Origin: an uncultured Chitinophaga sp.
GTDB taxonomy: Bacteria > Bacteroidota > Bacteroidia > Chitinophagales > LD1
Assembly: GCA_964620645.1 (NCBI GenBank)
Contig: CAZUHU010000006.1
Coordinates: forward strand, 1-49,026
Direction of reading: 5' to 3'
DNA: 49,026 nt
Notes under the pieces: generated by a model
Told to the model about the DNA's origin: nothing
Databases searched by the model: none
Seen by the model: the letters and a program-made list of their open reading frames with translations, nothing else
Translations under genes and position numbers: made by a program
In this document: piece by piece, positions 9,006-19,250 of the stretch
Numbering within the stretch: the stretch's first letter is position 1
Layout: the number at the start of each line of letters is the position of its first letter

Positions 9006-10418
9006 TCAACGGTACTGCTCAATTACCTGCAGTATGGTTGCATCATCCAACAGGGTTTCATCCATTTCAAACACCAGGGTGTGCTCATCAAAGTTAAGCA
9101 GCAAGCCACGCTCAAGGTTTATAAGCCCTTCGTGCCTGTTGCCCACCTGATAATAAAACACTGCTTTTATATAATAGATATCAGCATGGCCTTCGTATTT
9201 CTGCTCAGCTTCGTTCAATACCTGGAAAGCCTTGCGGAAATCTTCAACCCCAAAGTAAGCCGTGGCCAGGTTAATCCAGTTTTGCTTGCTCTGCGGATCT
9301 AACTGAAAAATACGTTCAAACATTTCAAGCGCACGCTCGGCTTCGCCGGTGCTAAGGTAGGCATCAGCCAAAGCGGCAAGGTACTCCACGTTCTCTTTAT
9401 TAAGCCTCACAGCCCTTTCAAAAGAGGCTATAGCTTTAAACCATTTATCTTCCTGGCGGTATGTTTCGCCAATGCGGTAAAAGGCTTCATCAAAATAAGG
9501 GTCCACGGTAATAGCCTTGCGCAGGTAGCTACGGCTGCGCGATAGATCGCCCAGCTTTTCCAATGCTTCAGCTGCTTTCAAATACAACTCTTTATTCGGT
9601 TTAGAAAGCTTAATGGCTTCCATATAAAACGTAAGCGCCTCATCATACTTCGCCATGTTATACAGCACATCTCCGCTGCAGGTATAAGCAGGGTCAAAGT
9701 TTTCCTGTATAGCTATTACATAGCTAAAAGCGTCTAATGATTTTTCGTTTTCATTAATACCGGCGTATGCATGGCCAAGGTTAAACCACGCCAGGTGCGA
9801 GTAAGGGCTTTGCTCAATAAGCTGCTCATGAAACCCAATACTATCTTCATATGTTTCGGTAAGCTCCGTGCAAAACCAAAGGCGGTTTAAGCCTTCTTCA
9901 TTTTTCGGGTCTTCGCGCAATGCGTTCTTCAGGCAGTTAATTACTTCTTCATATTTCTCCTGGTCTTCCCATATATCGGCCATTTCCAGAAAAAGCTCGC
10001 TTTTATCTTCCGGTTCAGTGGCCATACCTAAAGCATATTCCACCTCGTCCATCGCATCCTTATGGCGGCCTTCCCATAAATACACATCGGCGCGTATTAA
10101 GAAAATATTAATGTCGTTAGGGTCAAGCTTTTCGGCTTCTTCTAACGCGCTTAAGGCAGCTTCAAAATGTTTCTGGTTGGCCAGTATTTCGGCCTTTTTG
10201 GTATAAAAGTAGGAGGAGAAGGAATAATGCTCAAGGGCAGCTTCTATTACGCGCAGGGCTTTGTTGTATTCACGGTTTTCCTGGTAGAACTGGATAATCT
10301 GTTCGAACGACTCCTCTTCCAAGAAAATCTGTTGCTTCGCCTTTTCCGCCTCCTCATATTGCTTTATCAGATCAATAATCTCTCCGAACGAAGGCTCTGT
10401 GAATTCGCTTTCTTCCAT
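9006..10418 (-). CDS. Cytoplasmic tetratricopeptide (TPR) repeat protein
   Basis: 470-aa acidic ORF with no signal peptide. It shows repeated 34-aa A/Y/L-patterned units (for example AWFNLGHAYAGINENEKSLDAFSYVIAI and AFYRIGETYRQEDKWFKAIASFERAVRL). Confidence 0.8.
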   Translation of the reverse strand: MEESEFTEPSFGEIIDLIKQYEEAEKAKQQIFLEEESFEQIIQFYQENREYNKALRVIEAALEHYSFSSYFYTKKAEILANQKHFEAALSALEEAEKLDPNDINIFLIRADVYLWEGRHKDAMDEVEYALGMATEPEDKSELFLEMADIWEDQEKYEEVINCLKNALREDPKNEEGLNRLWFCTELTETYEDSIGFHEQLIEQSPYSHLAWFNLGHAYAGINENEKSLDAFSYVIAIQENFDPAYTCSGDVLYNMAKYDEALTFYMEAIKLSKPNKELYLKAAEALEKLGDLSRSRSYLRKAITVDPYFDEAFYRIGETYRQEDKWFKAIASFERAVRLNKENVEYLAALADAYLSTGEAERALEMFERIFQLDPQSKQNWINLATAYFGVEDFRKAFQVLNEAEQKYEGHADIYYIKAVFYYQVGNRHEGLINLERGLLLNFDEHTLVFEMDETLLDDATILQVIEQYR

Positions 10419-10676
10419 GGTTTGAATTTAATGAACCCCTGCTAACTCTCCTACTAAGGAGAGCAGGAAAAACTGTTTCCGCGTAAAGAACGACGTGATA
10501 ATCAACGATTATACCGTGAAGATATTTTAACGTTAAAAAAAGTCAAGTGCTTCTTTTCAACAAACAGCGCCTTGTTGTACACAATTTTCCGTACGAAAAG
10601 GAAAAGATAGACAATAGCAAAAGCAACTGTTTATTACCGGTACAACGTATACACAGCCTAAACTTATTTTAGTAGG

Positions 10677-13600
10677 ATGAAAAATTCTGTCCTTTCAGCT
10701 GTGGCATTGTTTTTTGCACACACTGTTTTTGCTCAAAACGGCCCTTATTGGCAACAACAGGTCAACTACACTATTGAAGTTACCCTTAACGATAGTACCC
10801 ACGAGTTGGACGGCTTTATTACCATCGATTATAAAAACAACTCTCCCGCCACACTTAACTATATTTTATTTCATCTGTGGCCCAATGCCTACCAAAACGA
10901 TAACACGCCTTTTGCCAAACAACTTTTAGAAAACGGCAATACTGATTTTCGCTTCAGCAAGTGGTGGCAAAAAGGCTTTATGGATAAGTTGGATTTTAAG
11001 GTAAATGCCGAAGTATGCCGTTGGGGCTTTGACACCGCCGGCCTGCGAACGGAAGTTGCCAAAGTAAATTTGAACGAGCCCCTAGCGCCGGGGCAAAGCG
11101 TGCTCATCTCCACTCCCTTTCATGTTAAGCTGCCCAAAACATTTTCGCGCTTAGGGCACGAAGGCCAGAGCTATCAAATATCACAGTGGTATCCCAAGCC
11201 GGCTGTTTACGATGCCAATGGCTGGAACACCATGCCTTACCTTGACCAGGGCGAATTCTACAGCGAATACGGCAGCTATGATGTAAGTATAACGCTTCCT
11301 AAAAATTATCGTGTAGGCGCTACCGGCGATTTGCAGAACCCCGAAGAAGCAAAGTGGATGGACTCCTTAAGCGAGGTTACCAAAGCACTAAAGAGCTTTT
11401 CAAGCGATATGGCCTTTCCTTCTTCATCAAAAGAAACCAAAACCATACGCTATACCCAAAACAACATCCACGACTTTGCATGGTTTGCTGATAAGCGTTA
11501 CAATGTGGTAAAGGGCGAGGTGGAATTGCCTTACAGTAAAAACAAGGTAACCACCTGGGCGCTGTTCACTAATAACAAGGCCAACACATGGAATAAGGCA
11601 GATGAATATTTGCGCGATGCCATTTACTACTACAGCCTTTGGATTGGTGAATACCCGTACAAGCAGGTTACTGCCGTTGAAGGTGCTTTGGAAGCAGGGG
11701 GTGGTATGGAATATCCTAACGTTACCGTAATCGGAAATGTAGCCAACAAGTTTTCGTTGGATGATGTGATTACGCACGAAGTGGGGCATAACTGGTTCTA
11801 TGGTTTACTGGGCACCAATGAGCGCCTACACCCCTGGATGGATGAGGGTATTAATTCTTACTACGAATTCCGTTACCTCAGCACCAAATACCCTAACGAA
11901 GGTTTAATACACGGCTTTAATAAAAGCACCAACCGCGTGTTTAACATTGGGCAGTATAAACATAATTATATACCGGACCTTGCCTACCAGGCCATGGCAC
12001 GCGAAAATACTGACCAGGCTCTTGAGCAAAACGCAGGCAGGTTTACTGAATTGAACTATGGCGCCATGGTGTACATGAAAAGTGCCCTCATCTTCCGCTA
12101 TCTTGAAAACTACCTTGGTACCGAAACCTTCGACAAGGTGATGAAGAAATACTTTGAAGAATGGAAATACAAGCACCCGCAACCCGATAACCTGCGGGCA
12201 ATATTTGAAAAAGAAACCGGAAAAAATTTAAGCTGGTTTTTTGATGACCTGATTAAGACCGACAAAAAGCTGGATTATAAAATAGCAAAAGCGCCTAAGC
12301 GCCCAAGGTACTATATGGATAGCGTGCACAGCGCATTGCTGATAAAAAACAAGGGAGAAATTACCGGGCCTGTTGTTATAAATTATTTGAAGAAAGATTC
12401 GGTTTTAGGAAGTGCCTGGTACGATTATAACGGCACTGCCATACCTATACCCGATAAATTTAATGGCGAAGCCGACCGCGTTGAAATTGACCACAACCTG
12501 GTTATGCCCGAAATAAACCGTAAGAACAACTTCTATCGTTTAGATAAGCCTTGCCCTACCTGCCGTGGTGTTCGCTTTCAGTTTGTAGGGTCAATTGAAA
12601 ACCAGAAACGCGCACAGCTATTCTTTTTCCCGTACCTGGCCTGGAACAATTACGACAAAACACAGATAGGCATAATGCTTTACAACTCCTTTTTGCCTAC
12701 CCAAAAGTTTAACTACCTGCTGGTGCCGGCCATAGGCACGGCTTCAAGGCAGTTTATTGGCTTTGGCAGAATAGGATATAGTTTCTTTCCTAAGCAGGGT
12801 ATGCAGCGCTTTGAAGTAGGACTTGCCGCAAAACGTTTTGATTACATTCTGTTTCCAAAGCCATTGCTGATGCAAAAGCTGGAGCCATTTGTACATATAG
12901 ACTTTAAGAAAAAAGATTTGCGCAGCCCCGATAACCACAGCCTGCATGTGCGCAGTGTAATTGCCTTTTTGGGTTGGGTAGACTTCAACAAAAACAAAGG
13001 CACGCAGCGTTACTACGTTAATGAAATAAAATACCAATACGAGCGGCAAACTACTTTAAACCCCTTGCGCATAACGGCTACCATGCAACAGGGCAACCAG
13101 TTCATGAACCTGCAACTGGAAGCAAAGTTCTTAATAAGCTACAAGCGCAAAAACGAAGGGCTGCATATACGCGTGTTTGCCGGCGGTTTCCCTTTATACT
13201 TTAAACCTGCTACCGATATAAATGCCCCGCTGCCTAAAATGTATTTAAGTACAGCCACCACTAATAGCTTTGCTTACTGGCTACAGAAGGATTACATGTT
13301 GGATGAAAATTTTGTAGACCGCAACGGCCGCGATAAATACGTAGGCCGACAGGTAGCGCTTAGCGGAGGTGCCTTCCGCAGTATTACCACTTTTGGGGCC
13401 ACCAATAAATTTTTGGCAGCCATAAACTTATCTACCACTACGCATCGCTTCTTCCCTATTTATCCCTTTGTAAACGGCGCTGTAATTGTAAACGAACTAA
13501 ACAAAGTAGAAGTAGCAGCCGAGATGGGCCTTAGCCTGGCCATAGTGCGCGATATGCTGGAACTGCACTTGCCTTTAGTAACCACCAACAACATACGCAA

Positions 13601-13709
13601 TAACGAAAAGCTGAACGGTATAAACAAGTGGTATCAAAAATTTACCTTTACCTTTAAGGTTGATCTGCCAAGGCCAATTAAGTTAGTGCAGAAGTTGGCG
13701 GGGCGTTAA
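10677..13709 (+). CDS. Secreted M1-family (gluzincin) metallopeptidase with a ~480-aa C-terminal extension
   Basis: Signal peptide MKNSVLSAVALFFAHTVFAQ. It has a GAMEN-like GGMEYPN motif and HEVGH followed 18 residues later by E (HEVGHNWFYGLLGTNERLHPWMDEG), which is HEXXH-X18-E. The total of 1010 aa is much longer than the catalytic unit. Confidence 0.85.
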   Translation: MKNSVLSAVALFFAHTVFAQNGPYWQQQVNYTIEVTLNDSTHELDGFITIDYKNNSPATLNYILFHLWPNAYQNDNTPFAKQLLENGNTDFRFSKWWQKGFMDKLDFKVNAEVCRWGFDTAGLRTEVAKVNLNEPLAPGQSVLISTPFHVKLPKTFSRLGHEGQSYQISQWYPKPAVYDANGWNTMPYLDQGEFYSEYGSYDVSITLPKNYRVGATGDLQNPEEAKWMDSLSEVTKALKSFSSDMAFPSSSKETKTIRYTQNNIHDFAWFADKRYNVVKGEVELPYSKNKVTTWALFTNNKANTWNKADEYLRDAIYYYSLWIGEYPYKQVTAVEGALEAGGGMEYPNVTVIGNVANKFSLDDVITHEVGHNWFYGLLGTNERLHPWMDEGINSYYEFRYLSTKYPNEGLIHGFNKSTNRVFNIGQYKHNYIPDLAYQAMARENTDQALEQNAGRFTELNYGAMVYMKSALIFRYLENYLGTETFDKVMKKYFEEWKYKHPQPDNLRAIFEKETGKNLSWFFDDLIKTDKKLDYKIAKAPKRPRYYMDSVHSALLIKNKGEITGPVVINYLKKDSVLGSAWYDYNGTAIPIPDKFNGEADRVEIDHNLVMPEINRKNNFYRLDKPCPTCRGVRFQFVGSIENQKRAQLFFFPYLAWNNYDKTQIGIMLYNSFLPTQKFNYLLVPAIGTASRQFIGFGRIGYSFFPKQGMQRFEVGLAAKRFDYILFPKPLLMQKLEPFVHIDFKKKDLRSPDNHSLHVRSVIAFLGWVDFNKNKGTQRYYVNEIKYQYERQTTLNPLRITATMQQGNQFMNLQLEAKFLISYKRKNEGLHIRVFAGGFPLYFKPATDINAPLPKMYLSTATTNSFAYWLQKDYMLDENFVDRNGRDKYVGRQVALSGGAFRSITTFGATNKFLAAINLSTTTHRFFPIYPFVNGAVIVNELNKVEVAAEMGLSLAIVRDMLELHLPLVTTNNIRNNEKLNGINKWYQKFTFTFKVDLPRPIKLVQKLAGR

Positions 13710-14602
13710 AAGAACTTCACTTCCTTCTCCCCCACTTCTAAAGTATAGGTTCTCCCAATAACCAAAGCGCGGTTATCCTCTACATGCCCGGCAGGGAAGC
13801 CGTAACAAACCGGGTAATTGTATTCGGCTACATTTTCAGCTATAATCTCGTAAGCCGTAATACCAAACGGCACCTTATTGTCCTTCATTTCGGTAAAGCC
13901 GCCCACCACAATACCTGCAAGGTCGTGTAATTTGCCGCTGCGTTTAAGGTTTTGCATCATGCGGTCCACATGGTATAGGTATTCATCCAAATCCTCCAAA
14001 AACAAAATTTTGCCGGAAGTATTAATACCGCTCTTGGTACCCGTAATGCTGTAAAGTATAGATAGGTTACCACCGGTTAATATGCCCTTAGCGGTTCCCA
14101 ATCGGTTTAACGGGTTGGGCTCTATTACGTATTCATTCTTTTCGCCAAACAGTTCTTTACGCAAGGTTTCAGCAGCAAGCGGTGTGCTTTTATGAAAGCT
14201 AAACGGCATTATGCCCTGCAGCGTTTGTATGCCAATGGTATTACTGATATGGATATGCAGGAAGGTTATATCGCTGAAACCCACTACCCACTTGGGGTGC
14301 TTCATAAACTCATCGTAATTCAAATCATCCATCATGCGCACGGTGCCATAACCACCGCGGGCGCAAAGTATAGCGCGCACATTGGCATCGTCTAAAGCAA
14401 TCTGAAAATCCTCTCTGCGCTCGGCATCGGTACCCGCAAACTGCCGGAATTCCTTACCGATGGTTTTACCTATAACTACTTTAAGGCCCCAGCCTTCCAA
14501 CATGGTTATAGCCGGAGCAATTTCTTCCATAGTTACCTTACGGGCAGTGCTGAGTATATAAACGGTATCGCCTTGTTTTAAAGCAGGTGGACGTAATAGC
14601 AT
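13706..14602 (-). CDS. LD-carboxypeptidase (peptidase S66 family)
   Basis: Carries GFSDITFLH (nucleophile Ser), LEDLDE and GFPAGH, as in the S66 Ser-Glu-His triad. I prefer the ATG at 14602 (MLLRPPALKQGDTVYILS), because the track start at 14671 would overlap the metG start region. The stop overlaps the convergent M1 stop (TTAA, 13706-13709). Confidence 0.8.
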   Translation of the reverse strand: MLLRPPALKQGDTVYILSTARKVTMEEIAPAITMLEGWGLKVVIGKTIGKEFRQFAGTDAERREDFQIALDDANVRAILCARGGYGTVRMMDDLNYDEFMKHPKWVVGFSDITFLHIHISNTIGIQTLQGIMPFSFHKSTPLAAETLRKELFGEKNEYVIEPNPLNRLGTAKGILTGGNLSILYSITGTKSGINTSGKILFLEDLDEYLYHVDRMMQNLKRSGKLHDLAGIVVGGFTEMKDNKVPFGITAYEIIAENVAEYNYPVCYGFPAGHVEDNRALVIGRTYTLEVGEKEVKFF

Positions 14603-14670
14603 AGGGCTAAAGTATACAGAGTAGACTTCTTTCAAAACGGTTGTTACAACCTTATTATATTCGCTACCCA

Positions 14671-16734
14671 ATGAAACAGTGGAAGAGATATACCATTACC
14701 GCGGCCTTACCTTATGCCAACGGCCCCAAGCATATAGGGCATTTGGCAGGGGCTTATCTGCCTGCGGATATTTACGTGCGTTACCTTAAAGCCAACAAGC
14801 GCGATGTGGTGTTTGTATGCGGCAGCGATGAACACGGCACAGCTATTACTATACAGGCCTTACAGGAGAATACCACCCCACGGGCCATTATTGATAAGTA
14901 TCACGTGCTTATTAAAGATAGCTTTGAAAAGCTGGGTATAGATTTCGACATCTACCACCGCACCAGCGAGCCTATACACCACGAAACCTCGCAGGAGTTT
15001 TTCCTGGATTTTTACAACAAAGGCCTGTTTAAGGAAATTACCAGCGAGCAGTATTACGACGAAGAGAAGAAAGTGTTTTTGGCGGACCGCTACATTATGG
15101 GCACCTGCCCCAATTGCGGCCACGACCGCGCCTATGGCGACCAATGCGAAAAGTGCGGCAAGTCTCTTTCGCCAAGCGATTTGATAAACCCGCATAGCAC
15201 CTTAAGCGGCAAAGCACCCATTTTAAAAAACACCAAACACTGGTATTTACCCTTAAACGATTATGAACCCTGGCTGCGCACCTGGTTGTTGCGCGACCAC
15301 GCTAAGGACTGGAAGACCAACGTTTATGGCCAGTGCAAAAGCTGGATAGAAGGCGGCCTGCAACCCCGCGCCATGACGCGCGATGGAGACTGGGGTATAA
15401 AAGTGCCTTTGCCTGATGCAGATGGCAAGGTATTGTATGTATGGTTTGATGCACCTATTGGTTACATAAGCGCAACCAAGCAATGGGCTAAGGACACCGG
15501 CAACAACTGGGAGCTTTACTGGAAGGATAGCGACACCCGCCTTATACACTTTGTAGGAAAAGATAATATCGTTTTTCACTGCATTATATTCCCGGTTATG
15601 CTGCACATGCATGGCGACTATATTGTGCCGGATAATGTGCCCGCCAATGAGTTCCTGAACCTGGAAGGTGATAAAATGAGCACCAGCCGCCGATGGAGTG
15701 TGGAAATGCACGAATACCTGCAGGACTTTGCCGGCAAGGCCGATGAGCTGCGCTATGTATTGTGCTCCATAGCGCCTGAAACAAAGGATAGTGAGTTTAC
15801 CTGGAAGGATTACCAAACCCGCGTTAACAGCGAGTTGGTGGGCATATTCGGTAACCTGGTTAACCGTGTGTTGATACTTACCGAAAAGAACTTTGACAAC
15901 AAAGTTCCTACTGCTGATGAGTGTAAGGATCTGAAAGCCTTTATTACCGCGCAACGCGATAAGATATCAGAGGCTTTGGAAAACTTCCACTTCCGCGAGG
16001 CATTGCAGGAAATGATGAACGTGGCCCGCCACGGCAACCAAATGCTCAGCGAAAAGGAGCCTTGGAAAACCATAAAGGAAAACCGCGAGTACACCGGCAT
16101 TACCTTGTATGATGGCTTGCAGATAATAGCTAACCTGGCTATTCTGTGCCGTCCGTTTTTGCCCTTCACCTCCGATAAGCTATTCAAAATGCTGAACCTG
16201 GATGGCGACAGCTTTAACTGGTTTGATGCCGGCCGTCAAAACTTATTAAAACCCGGCCATGTATTAGGTAAGGCTGAACTGCTTTACCAAAAGCTGGAAA
16301 ATGACGTAATTGAAAAACAGGTGCAAAAGCTGCAGGCCACCAAAACTGCCGCCGCAGCAGCACCAAAAACTACCACTGTGGAAACTACCGAAACGCCCGC
16401 GCAAAAGCCGGAGGTTACCTATGACGATTTCAGCAAGTTAGACCTTCGGGTAGGCACTATACTTACTGCTGAAAAGGTGGAAAAAGCCGACAAACTTTTG
16501 AAGCTTTCCATTGACCTTGGCTACGAAACACGCACCGTAGTTTCAGGCATTGCTGAGTTTTTTAAGCCGGAGGAAATTATAGGCCGGCAGGTAAGCCTGG
16601 TAGCTAACCTTGCCCCGCGAAAAATTCGTGGAATTGAAAGCCGCGGCATGATTTTAATGGCGGAGGACGAAACCGGAAAGCTGCACTTTGTATCGCCTAA
16701 AGATTTAACCAAAAATGGCAGTACCATACGTTAA
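14671..16734 (+). CDS. metG: Methionine--tRNA ligase with a C-terminal tRNA-binding (Trbp111/EMAPII-like) domain
   Basis: Carries the HIGH motif (PKHIGHLAG), a KMSKS variant (DKMSTSR), a zinc knuckle ([18 protein letters not shown]) and the C-terminal [28 protein letters not shown]. The ATG at 14671 ([10 protein letters not shown]) is preferred over the TTG-initiated track start at 14641. Confidence 0.95.
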   Translation: MKQWKRYTITAALPYANGPKHIGHLAGAYLPADIYVRYLKANKRDVVFVCGSDEHGTAITIQALQENTTPRAIIDKYHVLIKDSFEKLGIDFDIYHRTSEPIHHETSQEFFLDFYNKGLFKEITSEQYYDEEKKVFLADRYIMGTCPNCGHDRAYGDQCEKCGKSLSPSDLINPHSTLSGKAPILKNTKHWYLPLNDYEPWLRTWLLRDHAKDWKTNVYGQCKSWIEGGLQPRAMTRDGDWGIKVPLPDADGKVLYVWFDAPIGYISATKQWAKDTGNNWELYWKDSDTRLIHFVGKDNIVFHCIIFPVMLHMHGDYIVPDNVPANEFLNLEGDKMSTSRRWSVEMHEYLQDFAGKADELRYVLCSIAPETKDSEFTWKDYQTRVNSELVGIFGNLVNRVLILTEKNFDNKVPTADECKDLKAFITAQRDKISEALENFHFREALQEMMNVARHGNQMLSEKEPWKTIKENREYTGITLYDGLQIIANLAILCRPFLPFTSDKLFKMLNLDGDSFNWFDAGRQNLLKPGHVLGKAELLYQKLENDVIEKQVQKLQATKTAAAAAPKTTTVETTETPAQKPEVTYDDFSKLDLRVGTILTAEKVEKADKLLKLSIDLGYETRTVVSGIAEFFKPEEIIGRQVSLVANLAPRKIRGIESRGMILMAEDETGKLHFVSPKDLTKNGSTIR

Positions 16735-16780
16735 ATAATTTTACATTCGATTACCATTTAATTCACAATAAAAACCCTCT

Positions 16781-17983
16781 ATGAAACCCAAAATTTACAC
16801 GGCTTTCATGCTTCTTTTATTTTCTGTGCAGGTGTTTGCACAGTGTGGCCAGCGTTATAAGGATATGATTTTCCAAAACGTTACCACTACTACTAACATA
16901 ACTTACAGCACGTCTAACAACACCACTCTTAAATTAGATGTTTACGAGCCACAAGGCGATGCAGAAACCATGCGCCCGTTAATAGTGCTGGCACACGGCG
17001 GTAGCTTTGTTTCAGGTAATAAAAGCAACGATAATGTAGTAACTACACTTTGCACCAACTTTGCCAAGCGCGGTTACGTTTGCGCTTCTATTGATTACCG
17101 TTTGGCCAGCTTCCTTGATATGCTGGATTCATCAAAAGCAATTAACGAAGTTATGATGGCCATCAGCGATGGTAAATCTGCTGTTCGCTTCTTCCGTAAG
17201 GATGCGGCTACCACCAACACTTACAAAATTGACCCTAACCGCATTTTTGTGGGCGGCAACTCTGCAGGTTCAGTTCTGTTTCAGCATTACATTTCTATTG
17301 ACAGCGTAGGCGAGGCGCCACCAAGCCTGCAAGCCATCATCAATAACAACGGCGGTATTGAAGGTAACAGCGGTAACGATGGTTACTCTTCAGAAGTGCA
17401 CGCACTTATTAACTGTGCAGGTGGCTTAAATGTTCCTGAATTTGTTGGCCCAGGCACCAAGCCTGTGGTACACTTCCACGGCGATGCTGACAACGTAGTA
17501 CCTTACGGTTGTGCTAACGCACAAGGCGGCGCTACCCCGGTTCGTTTGTGTGGTTTAGGCGCTTTAGATCCGCTTTACCAGCAGTACAACGTAACCCACG
17601 TAAGTGTGGTATTCCCCGGCGATGGCCACTGCCCTTGGGCTTCTGATAATGCCAAAATGACCAAGGTTGATACTACCGCAGCAAACTTCCTTTACTACAC
17701 CTTCTTCTGCACTTCAGGAGTAGGCATTAAGGATATGGTTAAGGAGAACGAGATAAACGTTTACCCTAACCCTGCTACCGAGCAATTGAATGTATTATTG
17801 ACTAACACCAATGATTACGCTTCAGTTCAGTTACTTGATGGCACCGGCCGTATCATCAGCGAAAAAGCAGTTAGCGCAGCTACTACTACTTTCGAAAGAG
17901 GCCAGATACCGGCAGGCGTTTACTTCGTTAAAGTAATGGCGAAAGATGCTACCTTCTCTGTTAAACGCGTAGTGTTTGAATAA
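16781..17983 (+). CDS. Secreted alpha/beta-hydrolase (carboxylesterase-like) with a T9SS type A C-terminal domain
   Basis: Has a signal peptide, an oxyanion HGG motif (LAHGGSFVSG) and a GxSxG nucleophile elbow (GGNSAGS). The C-terminus INVYPNPATEQLNVLL...GVYFVKV...VVFE is Por_Secre_tail-like. Confidence 0.8.
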   Translation: MKPKIYTAFMLLLFSVQVFAQCGQRYKDMIFQNVTTTTNITYSTSNNTTLKLDVYEPQGDAETMRPLIVLAHGGSFVSGNKSNDNVVTTLCTNFAKRGYVCASIDYRLASFLDMLDSSKAINEVMMAISDGKSAVRFFRKDAATTNTYKIDPNRIFVGGNSAGSVLFQHYISIDSVGEAPPSLQAIINNNGGIEGNSGNDGYSSEVHALINCAGGLNVPEFVGPGTKPVVHFHGDADNVVPYGCANAQGGATPVRLCGLGALDPLYQQYNVTHVSVVFPGDGHCPWASDNAKMTKVDTTAANFLYYTFFCTSGVGIKDMVKENEINVYPNPATEQLNVLLTNTNDYASVQLLDGTGRIISEKAVSAATTTFERGQIPAGVYFVKVMAKDATFSVKRVVFE

Positions 17984-18003
17984 GCACTTCAACTAATAAC
18001 AAT

Positions 18004-18036
18004 AAAAAAGCCCCCCGAGTATCGGGGGGCTTTTTT
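18004..18036. terminator. Bidirectional rho-independent terminator between convergent genes
   Basis: AAAAAAGCCCCCC-GAGTATC-GGGGGGCTTTTTT is a GC-rich stem flanked by an A-run and a T-run. It can serve the esterase (+) and the OMP gene (-). Confidence 0.85.
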
Positions 18037-18051
18037 ATTTGCAGCAGGGTT

Positions 18052-19113
18052 TTACTGGCCTGCCGGTTTCTTTTCCTTCTTCTTTAAAGTTTCTTTACCA
18101 AACACAAAGCTTACGCCTATGTTAATGCCTATATTGCTGAAAGGGCCTGTAGGGCGGATATCATCCTTTGCCTTATTGGGGTCAAACTTAGGATTGCCGT
18201 TTACGTCTTTGTTATTATCGCCATTGTTAGATGATGGGGTTAGCTCATCCACATAATTAAACATAGTGCGGTAAGGGCCGCGTGCATCTAATTTGCTTAC
18301 GCCATCCACATCCCACTGGGTAATATCCGAACGTTTAGCGCGGGTAACCAGGTATTGGCCGTTAACCTCGGCAAACACACCCATAAACGGAAGCGGTTCG
18401 TATTTAACACCCAGTGCACCGTTTACACCAAGCGAAACCGTTCCTTCAGTTTTAAGGGTAACCTTTGTGTTGTTCCCTAAAAAGTAAGGTGATTTACCAA
18501 GTATAGTGGCAATAGCCGGTGCATCAGTAAACACCTCATCCTGTATATGTATATCTATAGTGTGGGTTAAACCGCCATATACAGGCAGGCTAACACCTAC
18601 CCTTGCGTAAGGGTAAACCTTCCAACCCGGCTTGGCAGCCTGCACATAAATAGCCGGCGATACCTGCAAGCCAAAAGCGTTGGTTTTCATATCCACGCTC
18701 ATAGTATATGGCGAATGCGCAAAGAAACCGCCGCCGGCATCGTAAATCAATTCATAGTTCTGCTTGCAGCCTATGGTAGCGCTTTTAAGGTAAGATACAC
18801 CCAGTTCAACACCAAAATAGCGGTTGATTTGGTAACCCAGGCCCAGGGTAAAATTCATGCCCTGCCCGTAGGAACCACGCACCAATTGATAGGAGTTAAC
18901 AGAATCGTTCGGATGGTCAATATTGGCCATTGGCACCAGGGCATCGGTATAAGGGTTTTTAGGGTCAACACGGGGGCCCATAATGCTTTCCGTTTTAAGA
19001 AAGCCCGGCCAGGCATATCCGCCTGCCAAACGCAGGCTGAAGCCCTTTTGCGCATTAAGCGCTGCTGCCGAAAGCAACAGGGCTGCTAAAACTGCTGGTA
19101 GTTTTTTGTTCAT
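18052..19113 (-). CDS. Outer-membrane beta-barrel protein (porin-like), unknown specificity
   Basis: Signal peptide MNKKLPAVLAALLLSAAALNAQ, then alternating hydrophobic/aromatic beta-strand pattern throughout. The last strand GINIGVSFVF is followed by a Lys-rich tail. Confidence 0.6.
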   Translation of the reverse strand: MNKKLPAVLAALLLSAAALNAQKGFSLRLAGGYAWPGFLKTESIMGPRVDPKNPYTDALVPMANIDHPNDSVNSYQLVRGSYGQGMNFTLGLGYQINRYFGVELGVSYLKSATIGCKQNYELIYDAGGGFFAHSPYTMSVDMKTNAFGLQVSPAIYVQAAKPGWKVYPYARVGVSLPVYGGLTHTIDIHIQDEVFTDAPAIATILGKSPYFLGNNTKVTLKTEGTVSLGVNGALGVKYEPLPFMGVFAEVNGQYLVTRAKRSDITQWDVDGVSKLDARGPYRTMFNYVDELTPSSNNGDNNKDVNGNPKFDPNKAKDDIRPTGPFSNIGINIGVSFVFGKETLKKKEKKPAGQ

Positions 19114-19250
19114 AGATGGTTTTTATGTTCCGCTATAATACAAAAACGCCCGTAATTGCACGTTTATGAAGCACCCGAACAAATTAACCTGCCACAGAAT
19201 GCTGCCACTTGTACAGCTAGAATTTCCCGGAGCTGTAAAAATGCCAGTGA

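Noticed and set aside
15253-15954. 233-aa ORF on the reverse strand inside metG, plus similar antisense ORFs at 14860-15195, 15596-15784, 15810-16187 and 16521-16727
   Set aside because: They lie entirely antisense to a confidently identified metG. The sequence is low-complexity, Arg/Ala/Gly/His-rich shadow-frame composition with no recognisable motifs.
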